DNA of 64,000 nucleotides from Paraphysomonas bandaiensis. Lineage: Eukaryota; Protista; Chrysophyceae. The stretch is taken from NCBI GenBank assembly GCA_965644295.1, contig CBFFRP010000192.1, forward strand, positions 3,723 through 67,722. Direction: 5' to 3'. Position numbers and translations under genes: made by a program. A model generated the notes under the pieces. The model did no database searches and had not been told where the DNA came from. It saw only the letters and a list, made by a program, of their open reading frames with translations. Shown here one piece after another: positions 1 through 14,600 of this stretch. Positions within the stretch are counted from its first letter, which is position 1. Each line of letters opens with the position of its first letter.

Positions 1-280
1 GATCCTCTGTCACCGACTCACACCCCCGAATCAAAATCCCACCCTCCACATCCCGGTCCACAAGTGGCTCCGGACCGGCAGAGACATTACCCAAAGGAAG
101 ACCACCGGACTAAGCCCAACACAAGGGATGGTTGCACCAAGGTGCTTGCAGCAATGCACAAGCAGTCCCGAGACAACCCAGTTTTTAGCAACTTTGATAC
201 CACTAGTCTAAAGTCGTAGATAGCTAAAAACAAAGTAGTTCTCTCATGTAATAATCAGATCTTTATATATATAGCAATTC
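1..280 (-). mobile_element. LTR retrotransposon LTR end with primer-binding site (fragment)
   Basis: Minus strand reads ...tttagacta-g-TGGTATCAAAG (192..202), close to the canonical tRNA-iMet PBS TGGTATCAGAGC. The internal region runs off the window start. Confidence 0.45.
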
Positions 281-2019
281 CTCATAAATGAAAAACGATT
301 AGATGGTCATAAGTCGATGTAACCGCCAAACCTGTTGAAATTTTGAAAAAGTCGATTTAAGTTGAATTTATGATACGTATTGCAATAATTAGTGTAGTAG
401 ATGTGAAGAGAACATGTTTGCAATGAAAAATAATAAAAATTATATCACTTGCAGACCAAAAAATGTTAAATGAAACGGTTACATTATACATAATATGTGT
501 TCTATATATAGTGCTATATAATACAAATGTTATTGATTAATTAAATGTACTTACAATCGACAAACAACCAAACTTCTGCCACGTTTTCCAGTAAGAATAG
601 ATGCAGAATATGCTGCACCAATGTCTGTCAACTCCTGATTGTATAGAAATAAATGAGGAATAACAATACGTATTATTATGTATATATTATACCACCTTCA
701 TATCGCAACAGGTACTGCAGGATTGCTCGAATATTGCCGTCGTTATCGACCTGAACCTCATACATCCCTCTGCCGTTGTATGAGTGAACTGTACAACCTA
801 GCTGATATTAGGGTCCTCCACCAAAGCACCAATCTCACTCCTGCGGTACAATTTCATTAGCACTTGTACCGTCGCTGCTACAGAGCAAATATACCTTTAT
901 CACCGCTATCATTTTATATAGAGGTAAAACTTCAGTGTCATATCAAAAAATAGAGGTGAACGGTGCGACGTTCTTTGCTGTGTGAGCAGCAGCCCACTCT
1001 GATACAGCTCAACGAATTGACAGACTGACAGCACTGAGCCTTTATACTTACTACAATGTGTCGGGGTCTCACACCTCCCACTCTTTGGATATGGTGCCTA
1101 TGAGTGTCAATAACTTCACTGTTGAGGCAAAAGCGGACAATACAAGACCAAGATATTGACTCCGGGACCAACTGGTTAGCTTGCTGTCACTCATTGACAA
1201 GTACTGTGGTCTCTGTTGTCACAGACCCAGAGCGAAGGCATGAGATGCGCAGTTCCTACCACTTCCATTAATCCTGGAGGTAACTTGTTCTCCCTCGCCT
1301 TGAGAGCTTATTCAGTATACCAACTTCCACCCACCCCTCCACAGTTCGTTTTCATGTGGTTGACACAATGGTTCTTGAAACAGGAGTGATATTACGTCTG
1401 TATTCAACGTATATTACAAGGCATAGTCAAAATCTATGCAACGCCGTTACCTCGACAGAACACCTCCGATGATATCAAACTCACGCCAAAACGCAATTAG
1501 AGGGATACCCAATAAATGAATAGACAGATATCTGATGGAAGAACTCATTCGCAGTCATATCAGCTGCGTGTGTGTGCTGCTCTGTGCTGATGTGAACAGA
1601 GACCGTCGAAGCAGTCTGAATATGCTGACTGCACAGAGCCTTTCGGCCCCTCTCCAGATCGAATAAAATACTCTGATCGCTGTTCCTCAGTCCCCGAGGG
1701 TTCAGACAGGAGTCTCGTCTCTCCTTCCTCTTGCTGTGTGCTCATCTCTGTGATTCTCATCTGATGGATATGAGTGCTCTCTCTTCCCTCTTGTTAGGCC
1801 TAATATAGGGTTATGAGATATGCATATGGTCACATGAACTTACTCTGATCTCATGTGTTGTTATTGTGGGGGTGAGAGCATCGTATGAGGGGTGTGGATG
1901 ATGTGTGTGTGATGCTTGTCTTAAGAGGGAGGCATCATGATCACTTCACTATCAAAATCATAAAACGCACTAATTATTATGATGAAAAAAGTCAAAAAAA
2001 AGTATTTTTGAAAAAAAAA

Positions 2020-2790
2020 CTGAAATCTGTGTTTATTTCGAATCCCCCCTGTAACCAAATCTCCATGCCGATCCCACACTCAAATATACTCTCAACCTCA
2101 ACACAGCAGCAACTTCTGTTTGCTCCTGAATCCACAAGGGCCATCATGCATGCATCCTCCCATTGATTCTGACCCTTATTCACCCCAACAAACCGCTGCA
2201 TACACTCTGTCGATACTCCACTGGATCTCTAACTCATATTCTTCACTAATTATAACATCGCCCTCTTGATCGTTCTCTATGTTTGACGATCACAGACAAC
2301 AACCGGACATTCGCAAAATTCATGATACGTAAGATCCTGTTTCGAAGATCACCACTTTCCACGCATTCCAATCTCTGTCATTGACTTCTCAACGCCCAAT
2401 GAAGGTGAGGCTAATGTTTCAGGAAAAGCCGGGCAGGAGGAATATTGATGCCACCTTGGTACATTATAAACCAATCAACCCAGAAGAAACCATAAAAGTC
2501 AATCAAATCCCCAACAAAGAATTACTTGCACTAGTTACACTCCTCTATTACGCCGTTGAACCACTCGAATAGTCATTATTTTGTACACAAGGGCCTCCTT
2601 ATTTGATAAACACTCCAAGAGGCCACAACAGGAGCAAACAGCTGGTGATCTGTGTTCTCCAATACCCGTGAAATTAGCCTTTTTCAATTCCTCTTCCACA
2701 GTCTCCTCAAATCTCTCTGCTCTTCCGGTCATCGTATCCACACTGCTGGAGCGACATGCTTCAGATAACATACTCTCGAGAACAAGTTAA
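2020..2790 (-). pseudogene. Degenerate retrotransposon gag/aspartic protease remnant
   Basis: ORF 1992..2201 contains ALVDSGANRS, a retropepsin D-S-G motif. Surrounding frames are broken by stops. Confidence 0.45.
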
Positions 2791-3179
2791 TGTTGTAAGG
2801 CAATAACAAGCCACAAGTTGATAGTAAACGATAGTGTTATTAACTTGTTTTATCAGAGGTTATCTGTGATAATAATGACTAGCATTCTAATCTATCTTCT
2901 ATCACAGACTACACCTACAGCTCACCGCTTGGGCATATATATATGTATATGCCCTTACTCTATACCAATCCACTGTACATATTGGACTGTACATATCCTA
3001 CACCGTATTGTCATCATACACCGTATAATGGTATACCGTTACCCTACTGTAGCTGGCTGTCTACACTGCATATATCCTGTATACTATACATCCACAGTAT
3101 AGAGTGCAATATACAGCAGTATACTATCAAACCAAGCTTTCACTCCAATGACAGCCAACCTCCTATACGGGGATGACAA

Positions 3180-3697
3180 CATGACCAATTCTTCTACGAA
3201 TTTCTCATTTGGTTATTGGATACAATACAAGGCAAAGGTTAATCCAAATATCCGTATTTGAGAATTCAGTATCGTTTACTTTTACTGCGGTATTCTATTT
3301 GAATGAGTGAAATCTGTTATCGATACGAGGATGTTGTTACTGCTACCATGGCTAAAGCTGAACGTACTCGTATGAAACGTATTCCTATTGAGGGACGGAG
3401 TGTAACCTGGTCAAACTATTTATGTAGATTTGCGTGCTTGGGGTGCCGATTTTTATGATACACTAGACTTACCGAATTGTTATACGACTATTTATGTTGT
3501 GGAGTGTAACTATGTACAGTGGGCGGGTCGTCGTAAATTGCGTATTGATCTATATTGCCCTTTGTTTCAGTCTACATATGAATGGAGTGCCTATGACGTT
3601 CATTGCTACGGTCGAGTTACTACATTTATTTGACTATTCTATTATGGTGTTGGTCGATGCGGAGTTTTGCAAGAGATTTCCTGATATACTCTTGTAA
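3180..3697 (+). pseudogene. C-terminal end of a Gypsy-like pol (frameshifted)
   Basis: Broken frames give PGQTIYVDLRAWGADFYDTLDLP...VHCYG and then MVLVDAEFCKRFPDILL*. A PPT and LTR start follow ~215 bp downstream. Confidence 0.45.
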
Positions 3698-3912
3698 ACA
3701 GGTTTTATTCTTCTATTTTGAAATCATATTTATAATATTCTTTTATTTCTATTACAATACTACCTTGTCTATCTATAGTTTATTCTCAATCTAATATGTT
3801 TGAATCTGATTTTGTTTGCTTATACTCAGAATGACGCTATCTAGTATGGCCGATTTAGGTATTTGCATACATGAATCACAGTCTCTGTATTCACAATCTA
3901 ATTTCTTCAGCT

Positions 3913-4292
3913 GGGGGGAAAAGAGGGTAGTGTCACGCAGTACTGGTTACTTACTGCGTTATTAGTAGTATGATATGTTACTCTTCTGTTGTACTCTCTA
4001 ACACGTACAGAGTGTTTTAGTATTTTCAGTTTCCAGTTTTATTTTCAGTTTCTACTCTCAGAGTGTTGAAGCTGTACATACATACCGGATAAAATTCTTC
4101 TAATCGGGTGTGCTGTGTGTTGAAGTGAAATGCTGAACATGATGTATGTATGTGTATGTGTGTGTTACACTGTAGAGATGTATAGCTGTGTTACTCATTC
4201 TTCTTCTATATAACGTTTTAATAACGATTCAATTAAGCTCATTCGCGGTTTGCGTTTGTGTGGAGGAGTTCTACCCGCTGGTAGGCTTAACA
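3913..4292 (+). mobile_element. Polypurine tract plus 3' LTR
   Basis: GGGGGGAAAAGAGGGTAG (3913..3930) is immediately followed by TGTCACG at 3931. The LTR end is uncertain (TTAACA at 4292). Confidence 0.55.
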
Positions 4293-4544
4293 GTGTAGCA
4301 GCCCGCTGGCGTACACTTTAAATCTGTTAAAACGTTTTTAGAGAGAGCTTTCTGTCATTCACGTGTTTCTAGTTCTCAGAAACATCACACATGACCCGCA
4401 CATGGGAGGAACTATCGCAGTGGTCAGCGAGGCATGGAAGGGAAGCATTCGCCGCACGAGCACCGACTGCACAGGGCTCGGGCTAATATCTAGAATTGAG
4501 TTCCACACCAGCAGACCCAACAGAGACGAAAGGCTCACCATACA

Positions 4545-5351
4545 TACCTCGGTTGGCGGTTGTCCCAACTTAGTCAATTTCTGTATTATCCCATTCAACC
4601 TATCAATGCCAATAGCGACCTTTTCATTGGCTCTAATTTTAAAGCTATGGTATTCCGCTGTAGTCTTCTCGAGTACATTTCCCAACTCCCCCCTAAACCT
4701 ATCCACCAGCGTCTGAAGCATTTCATTGGACAAAACTTCCTTATTGGGATCATCATCTGGAAGTAACGCCTTCGCCTCCATGTACTGATTGGCAACCTCT
4801 AATACATCAGCGTCATGTTCACAAGCCTCCCAAATCGTTGCAACACACGTGTCATTTCGCTCATGCCATAATTCTCGTGCTCTGCCTCCTCCAGCAGGTT
4901 TCGGATGAATCTTTATTTTCTGAGAAGACGCCTCAGCCTGGTACTTGTCGAACTTCAGCACCTTGCTGTCCTCCTTCGTCTCTTCAGTGCTACCACTCGC
5001 TACCATGTTAACATAGGACATTTCACCGAAGTTAACTTTGCTCTACACGTAAACCGTAACCTTGCTATTGAACACAATGCACTTTCAAGTAAGAAATTAT
5101 GATTATTATTCTGGACACTTCACTACATATTCGTGTAACATATGTTGAAACATCTGTTCTTATAGCAACATCTGTTTATCATATGTTCATCAGTCAGTTC
5201 TATATCTTGTATAGTCACACATCAGTAACTGAATTTAATTCCTTTGTAACTATAATCACCCGTTACACCTATGAGTTGACATTACCTATTGCACACTGTT
5301 AACTCACTTCAATTGCACAATATATATCACATCATATTGTGAAACTCAACA
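4545..5351 (-). mobile_element. Copia 5' LTR plus truncated gag
   Basis: ORF from 5021 contains FKIRANEKVAIGIDRLNGIIQKLTKLGQPPTE, homologous to the gag at 43809 (FKIRPGEKVSVGVDRLNGIIQKLIKLGQPQTE). An LTR-like segment TGTTGAG...TTCAATA spans 5351..~5075. Confidence 0.7.
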
Positions 5352-5678
5352 GTAGGATAAAAGAGTTTGTATTGATTAGTTACGGGTAGAGGTCTAAATA
5401 GTTTGTCTAGTATTCTTGTAGCCACTAATTGGTGCAGGCTTTTTACGCCTATTGCTAAATAACTAGACATTCAATATAAGATATAGGATAGACTGGTGAA
5501 CATATGATAACCCACTATTAAGATAAATGAGGATGAGTAAATAAATAGATTCCGAATTATCGAATTCTGGCATGTCATTGCTTTCCAACGTACCGTTTGC
5601 CTGGCAATAGATCACAAAACAGTAGAAAATAAAATTTGATTAATTATGATGTTTTGAATCCAATAATACATATACAGA

Positions 5679-8600
5679 CTACAGAATAGCAACATCATCT
5701 GAACTACTCCCTTCGCATTCAGAACTCAAGTAAAACTTTGTTCTCGTATTTATATTTGCCCGGCAAAAAGGGCATCTAATAAATCAATATTAGACTCAAT
5801 AGAGTCATAGTGCATCACCAATAGGTACTTACTTGTTCCGTTGCATTTTTCCCAAGCAGATCCCGCATATTGTGTGACCACACGGAGACATCACGTGCGA
5901 TACTCGGTTACAGAGGCATATCTGACACATACCGGCAGTTTTCATCGAATCTACCGTGCTTAGCGCTTCCACCAACTGTGATCTTTCACTGCGCAATTCC
6001 TCTTGCGTCTCTCTGTTACTGGCCTCTAGTTCCATGATTCGCTTTACGAGATCCTACGGATACGAATGACGTAAGTTACTGATACATCGTTACCATATAT
6101 ACATTACAGTACCTGCTTTTCGAAGCTAATTGGTACACCTGCCCTTTGAAGAAGAGTACTAAGCGCGCCCAGCACCTCACTTTGGGATACAGGAGAGTAA
6201 GAATTAGCGACAACGCATGCTTCCTCACACTCCCCCAATGCGGCTCTATCTTCCGATGTGGTATCCCTGCGCAAGAGTTCCAGGTGTGTTTTCCCTCTTG
6301 AGTCAGGTTTCATATGAAGTGTATTCCTGATTGTCACAGCTGATGTCGATTGCAAAGCCTTATCTCGCGCAGGCCTGAACGAATACACCTCAGATGACAA
6401 AAGCGGCACCACAGACGACCCAGTTCGAATCGATATCCTTCTGAGTCCAGCTTTTCCCTCTTCAGAGATAGCTACTACCTTACCATAGCATAAGCTAATA
6501 CCCGCTTCAACACGAGTAAGGGAAGTAGAAACAGGTCTCTCCTCGTGCTTGATATCGTAAGCGACTATTTCTCCTAGTCTATAACTACGATAGGGTTTCA
6601 ATTCTATCAGATCGTAATCGACAGAGTTTACAGGTATACCAGGAGTTCCTCTATTGTGCTCACGAAGAGTGGCAACGTCGCCCGAAATGCGCAGATCCGC
6701 AAGGATTCGGACACACATGTCTGAAGACGGTGCAGACAATAACAACGACATAGATGCTGCAAGTGAAGGATCCAACCCGATGAGTCTGCAGAGCCCAATG
6801 CTGACTGCAACACTCATCGATATTGGAGGTGAAAGCATGGTTGAGCTAATCCATATCACTGGACCACCGATGCATTTGTCATCAACGTAACATATAGATT
6901 CCATGGAACCAACACCTATCGTGCTACTCACCGAGCCATGACTGACGCATACATTTATATCTGTGAGGAGACGTTTAGTGCACCTGATAATAAAGTTAAC
7001 CATACACCTAAGAATATTGATTACAACCTTATATCTACACTGCAGATAAGCCTTTCGACACCCAGAGTGGTTTCTGGTGCCCAGGTGATTGATTTGCAAG
7101 TCTGAGCAGCAGCCACTCCGTTGACAGTACCGCCTTTACGGAGGCATATCGATTCTAGCCCTTCAATAAACTCTTTGCGCCTGATGGCCTGTGAAGAGTA
7201 TTTCATCCAATAGAAATACCCAGAGAATATGAAATCTCACCGATGCAATCTCCTGTAGCTCGTCGTCACACTATAAACACATATTAATATCGTCAAGCTG
7301 GAAATGAATATCAAAACCTGTTCACAGCCATCTTGACATATCCAATTTTCTACAAGAGTTTCTACAACTACGGAGCTGGCCAAAAAATAACAAAACTATA
7401 AAAAAAGGGTTTCATGCAATCTGCATGACCAACCTAAGAAACGATATACCCAATTGAGTTGCAAGCGGCTTGCTGATGTACGGGTGAAGAATAAATAAAT
7501 TCCCTGCGACTTCACCACCTTTTCCCAGCCGCTCTCTGAGCCATCCGTCGTCATTGTACTGTACAAGCATGGTGAAAAACACAGTGATAAAAGGGAACAT
7601 AAGCCTAAAAATACCAGAGATGATACAGCTGGCCTCAGTACTGAGTCTTCGTCCGGAAGGTAGAGCCCCATCAATTGCATCTGTCTGTTGACAGAGGCAT
7701 CATCTTCCGCTTCCCTCTCATTGGCGATCGCCTATAAACATTCCGATGAAATACCGTCACATTGAGTTTAAAGGTCTCGGTATTAAGACCTGAACAATTG
7801 CGATAACGGCCCGCAATTCATTTGGGTTCAGACCGTTCCCTCGACACTCGGACTCCAGTTCATATAAGAACTTGCAATAGTCTGTAGGCGACGGTCTTTC
7901 TCGAACACCCAACTACAACGATGACAATTTATTAATCATAGCACCTGTCATATGACACAAAACCAAGCACACCATTTTTAAAAACTGTTCTTGTGTGCCA
8001 AAATAGCGCGGAACCTCATGCATAAAAGGACTCAAATCTTCTGATAGTCTGAAAAACAACCTTCCCGGCTTAATCAATGTCTGTCCAACCGGAACAAGGT
8101 TGGCTGTCTTGAGAGCTTCCTTTACGCTAGGAGAAACTGATTTCCAATTGTCGAATAAATAGTGGAATATTCGTCCGAATGATTCTCGCACTGGATACTG
8201 TGTTGTATTCCATCTGTCAAGTGCATCACCATAGGAAGTCAAGTTCCTGAGATGCCGCAGCACAATTTCTACGGACGGAACAGTTGTGATTCCAAGGGAT
8301 GAAGAAAACGTCTTTATACGAGACGGTCAGGATGCCATCATAATAAAGATATTGTGATACCTGGGGTGGAGACAAATCCTCAGCAAGTATTGGGAGCACC
8401 GTGAAACCGAGAAATCCTTTACTCGCAGACAACGTCTGTTCAAATCTGCATACATCAGCCTTGTACACTACATGCCCCCCAGCTTCAACCCCGATGGGTA
8501 TAGACACTGGAACAAACGATATTTTGCTCAATCTAGAGAACAATCAATAAAATGCAACTGAAACAAAGGAGAATAACCTTCTTGCCACATTGACATCAAA

Positions 8601-11600
8601 AAGGGTAGTCGCACGATTACTGTTTCGTAAATAACGCAAAAGTCGCTTCCCTCTCTCAATAGGCCCGCCGCACTGCAAACCTATAGTTATTTCATTTCAG
8701 TTTTCTATGTGGAACGAACCATTGTAAATTCACTTTCATTTTGTCCGACACGCAAACTGTTCGCACTTTTTTCAATGTCGGTTGCTAACCTACATAGCTT
8801 TCAGTTCATATAGTCCAAACCGTACGAATAAACCTGATAAGAGCATCTTTATCTAGCTCAGATGACATGCCGAGATCAAGCATTACAACATGCCAGTGTG
8901 CAGTCCTACACGACTGAGTGAGCTGTCATCTATATAAATTTTATATGTGAAATATACCTCATCGATGGCGGAGCAAAGTATTCACTTTGGTGTGGCCCTG
9001 CCAATGCCATCAAGAGGTCGCTATTTGTCCAAGAGAATAGTTGATCTGGCCTCCTGTACACTTGGTAAGTATCGATTTCCTCTTCCACGAAAATGTGCTC
9101 ATCAAATGCATTGTCACTGCCGTTATTCGGGAGAGCTCTCCACGATGGAACAAATGCTACATTTTTGAGAAGCTGCAAGAGTTCCGTATCTTCGCGATAC
9201 TCATCCCACTGAGCTGCTAAACTACTCATAATCCGCAATCTATCCACCCCGTACATATGACCAAGCGAGGGGAGTGTGAATCTTCGAACTACAGCAGAAG
9301 GTGTGAGCTCATCTGCACCAATGATATAGTAGAGCTCTAGTAAATCTGAATCCGCAATAAGAACTACCGGACTATGGCCCTTCAAAGAATCATCTGTATT
9401 AATTGAGAAACCATCCCGCTTCATAGTGGAAGTCTCAGACAAACTCGCGAGTGCCGTTTCAGAATCGCACCAATACACACCATTGCAGTTAGCGACGGCT
9501 ACAGAAGCCCCATCCCGAGACGTAAAGAGCGGCAGTATTTTCAAGTTCGCAATCTCCTCTTCAGACAGAGCCCGCTGTCTGTGCGCATTTAGTATTTCTA
9601 ATAAAATATACTTCCGTTGGGTGACTGTGAGTGAATCAAAATCCAAAAGTGGTCCAGCATCAACTAAGTCATCTCTTTCGGAAAGACTAGGAGTCGACTG
9701 TGAAAGTGGCATTAACTCATGAATAGTTATGTGTTGGTCATGAAGGTAACTCAAACACGCAAGAATTTTATGCCCCACATGACACAATTCATGATTCCGC
9801 GTGTTTAGATGAACCCCAGAAGTTCTAATGACTGCAGGCAGCTCTTCGAATATTCCAACGTCAATAACAGGCATACGAAGTGTTTTCAAGGCTTCTCCTA
9901 AAATGCTGGATGAAAAGGTATCAAATGTTTCTTCGACAGCACCCATCGTGTCTTGAGTACCTACAGGTGGCTGTTCTAGACTGACCCCTTCTTGAGAAAA
10001 TGTTTGTGGCGACTCTCCTCGCCCAACATTATCTGGGAAAAATTCCTGATCTGCAGGTACTCTTTGGGTAAAACTTCGGCATATAGAGAGCTCCTCCAGC
10101 ATATCAGTCGTTGTATAGCGCTGTATCTTCTCAAAAATCGCTTTTCCATCTCTATGTATCAAAGACGTCAGCCTTCCTGCTTCTCGGCGCAAATTTTCTC
10201 TGTTCGCTTCTTGTTCACGAGTCGTTCCTCTTGTGCACAGAAGGAGTGGTGTGATCGTGGTGCAAATCAGTAGGCGTTTGCTTCCAGCAAGCACTGGTAA
10301 AAGAGGTAGGTTTTCAAGGACGAACAACTGTTGTCGATCACAGATTCCAAGAACATCTCGCCACAGTATATACAACAACAAATCGGAAGGCTTGGATGAA
10401 GTCACACAGACATCTACTCCACGGCCTGAACGTCCACATGCCGAATCGACAGTGGAATTTCCGCAACTTGATAACACAGGTGACCAGTCTATCGCTCGAC
10501 AACGGTGCCACGTCACGGGTAAAAAGTAAGTTGCGTTGTCCTAACCAATCAGTAACAACAACGCGAAGGGTGCTATACAACCCTACCTTTATAAATTGAG
10601 TGGACATGTCTTTAATATGTAGAGTGTCTCTGAACATACTATTACCAGCAAGTATACCAATGTCTTCAACAACAAACGGGTGAACATACAAGCCGCGGAG
10701 TAGTGGGGCAATTTCATGCATTGCATGCGGAGCAATTATAGCTTGATCGCGGGGACTAGTTGGAAATCTTTGCGTCCGTTCATCTGCCATAATCAACAGA
10801 GGAACTCCAGCTATTTCTCTGTACATCCTCCGTCTAGCAAACTCGCCGTCACTGGGATTCCTGTCCATGTCCGACACACAATAGCGAAGCAAGGGTAGAA
10901 TGACCTGCATGGGAATCAAAACTGCTTAGAGTGTAGCAGGATCAACACAAATTTAAAACCTCAAATCTTCCATTTAACCGACTGCAGTGTGTACGTGCAT
11001 CACTTCTCAAAATATCGCGAAATTTTGACGGGGTCAGAGCATCCACTTGAACCCCTGCCAGCATGAAATCCTTCGTGACCTGAAGCAAGGATGCTGTATT
11101 ACACTTAATTATGTTGCACTGTTAGAAATTACCTGTACTGGAATATCTGCAAATGCCATGAATGATTGCAAATAAGAATTAACCTATGCAACATATTTTA
11201 TTTTAAGATATGTTAAATTTTATTGTAGTATTGACTCACAACGGCAGGAAAAGGACTCGTTGGGAATACCAAAGATTGCTGACATTCGAAGCCATTTCTT
11301 CCGAGAAAGAGCTCCTATTACATATTAGCACCTACTCGAACAAGAGTCATACAACAACCTTCGTCGCCAAAATGTTGAGGAGCTGGGTGCGGCATATATG
11401 GAAGGAAAGTTGAGGCTGAAGACGTGTGAGGTACGGCCAATAGCAATAGAAATATTTTAGCTCCCTCTGCCGACTAGGATCCTTTGTAGCCAAACGTATA
11501 ATATCATCTCGAATCTAGAATCCATTAGATCTCGCTTGCAACCTAGACAGAGAACTCACCTCCAAGAGGAAAGGGGCGAACATGCATTCCACACAAGATG

Positions 11601-14600
11601 TTAAAAGAGTCAAGTTCCATTGATTCAACTGATCTAATGGCATGATTTGAGTACAGGCGATTGATTCATGATTCCTTGTTCCCGGAAATGCACCCGAGTC
11701 AGGCAAACTTAATCCTCGCCTATCCATGTGCTATTCGAAAATTATACGCAAAACATGACGAGTATATCATTTACCATTATAAAAGATCCTTCTATATGAA
11801 ACGGCAGACCTGTTGGGTCACTTCCAACTTGTCCTCCACTGCAATAAACGTATCTGTTAAATATTCCCCAGTTACGTTCTCTGACATTCTTTTGTAAATA
11901 AGACGGCGCTGATATCGGTGCAGCAATTGAAACAAATGGCATGAGGCCCAGACGACGGTACGGGTCTCTCAAAGCTAAACCACGACTTTTCTCTAAACCC
12001 TGTAAACAGTGGACTAACCACTCGACATTATGGTCATGCGTGCTTTGTTCGGACTGCTTAACCTCAGCTCGTGATATACTTTCACCAGAACAACCCTCCA
12101 ATACAGAGAACTGGTCACTGAAGAGAGGTGTTTCGATTTGCCCTAGCAATCCATGTTTGTGATTTACAATCGCACGATATGAAGACTCTGCCAATGGGCT
12201 TTGTTGCTTGAAAAACGAAGTTAGAATATTCCCAGACTTTTTCCACGATCTATCACTGATAGTTTTCTTTCTGATATAATGAACCTGGGAACCATTGACA
12301 AGATTCAAGGCATAGGATTCTCGACAAGGAAAACGATCAGAGGGTGTGAAGGCCGAGTTATTATCATATATAGAACTGTCTTCAAGCCAATGCTGAATCG
12401 TGCATGTAAGAAGTGACACACCAAACAGTAAAGAACCCTCAAAACGCCCCACACAATCCCGCAAACAAATCTTGACCTCCTCTTGAGAAAGTATGTAACT
12501 TGAAATAGGTGATGGTGACCGCCGCAACGACATCCTTATCAGAGTACCTGGAATGCTTCCACTATCCTGCAGTGATCCCGAATATATTCCATTAAAAGAG
12601 AGTGATAGCAATGGCGAAAATTGGTCAGGAAACTGTGATAAGACACTTTGGTTATCTTTTCCAACTAGTGAATACTGTTGTGCCCGAGAATGCAGTCGCC
12701 CACTGTCGGATGTCCCCAGCTTGTCGAACTTGGCGTCCATTTCATTGCAAGGTCCCATGAGGTACTGTCCACATGGATCAAAAACGAAGAACTGTTTTCC
12801 ACTCAAAACTTGAAGGCAGTCCGTAACCACAAATGCAGAGTTCAACCTTTTCCCGACATGACTATACTTTGCATCAACATCCTCAAGACTTGTGTTGTCA
12901 CTGTTGCTCCTTGCGACTGTCACTGTAGAAGGTAGCTTGTGCAAGACAGCAGGAGACATTAGAATCTGTGTCAACTCCTCGCCGCCCAAAACAACCCCTT
13001 CCATAAATATAGATATTGCTTGCCCTTGAGCATCAGCAAGCCCCGGATGAATAAGAGACTCGCACGGGTGGGTGCGCTCATCATAAATCACATGCACAGC
13101 TGAAGCACCCAGATAATCGGCCAATCCAACCAAATCACCCAGAGAGTCATGCAAGCGATCGTTTCCCACAACTTCACGCACAGCAACGGCACTTGGACAA
13201 ACCATATCATTACCAGAGAATAACTGCTCGCGAAGCGATTTAGCTCCTAGCAGCAGAGCAGCTTCGACGTCGACAAATTTGTGTATGAACCTCACGCCTC
13301 CACCTCCCCTGTTAGAAAGTTGCGTCGAAATCCATGGGGCATCGTCGAATGATAATGCTTTCGCAGAGCACATAATACTCTGCCTATCTGGTAAAAATAT
13401 TTCACCCATTTCATATCGGACCTGTTTCAGTCGGTGCGCCTCATCATACTGTTGTGATATCGCAACAGCTGCATTTTCATCACCTGCTTCGTTGGTGCAC
13501 CCAGTTTCGAAAACTTCTTCTCTCTCATCGATGTTATCGTATTGTGAGGTTGAAATTAGTCTATCGCCGCTTCGACCTCCCTGCATCAGCCTGGCAGTTA
13601 TCTTTATTATTCCCAGGCACATATCAAGTTTCTCCGGTGGAAGAGGTCGATTCCTATATGTCGAATGAAGATCTCTAAGCAGAGCCGAAAGGTCACTTGG
13701 ACCAAAAGCTTCTTTTACCCCTAGCTTCAATAAGAGTAGCCGATAGGACAACAACTCTCCCTTGACAACGTAGAGAAATGGCTCAGTATTGATACTAGAC
13801 AATGGTTCAAATGCTACCCTGTTGGACTCTACGAATTCTCCACCCACCCAAATAGCAGCTTTCATACGTAGTGATCGGCACCATATCTCAACCTCCACCT
13901 CACTCTCATTTTCCATTGCCACCGCCAGTGCAGCATACATCCGTGGAACAACTGTGTAACACACTTTCGTAAGACTGTCCATATAATTTCTTTGTATCGC
14001 CGATGTAGATTCCAGGGAAGCGGCAACACTCATATTCAAGAGTGCTAGAAGCTGTTGTGTGACAGATCTACCAGAAATTGCCTTGTCCCACCCTAGCACA
14101 GAACGGAGCCGTTGACTCTTAACATCTACATTTGACAGACGACATGATGATGAGCACATCCAAATATTCTCTTGAGAACAACACTGGGATGGCTTGGCTA
14201 TCTCAGAAGAGTGTATCGCTTGCGGCCACGGTGGTATACAACCATTCAAACGTGCGACTGAAGGAGGACTAACATACACAGGCATCCACGATAAGTCCCG
14301 CAGAGTAGCACACCAGGCCGATAACTCTGAGGACTCGTGTTCACCTTCACTTCCGCTTTCAAAATCAACAATTAGTTCATCGATATTCATGTCCAAGTAC
14401 CGGACAAGATTGACAGCCCGCTGAATTGTGTCACTAATTTTCACGCGCACATCAGAATTATGTTCATTAAGTTCAAGTCCACTCTTACTGGTTTCAAATT
14501 CAGAATGAATGGCTTCCGCAGCCCGCAAAATGCCACTTGAGCTCAACGATGTACCCAGCCCTAACAATCGAAGTGCAGCCAACAGTGCACTATCTGATTG

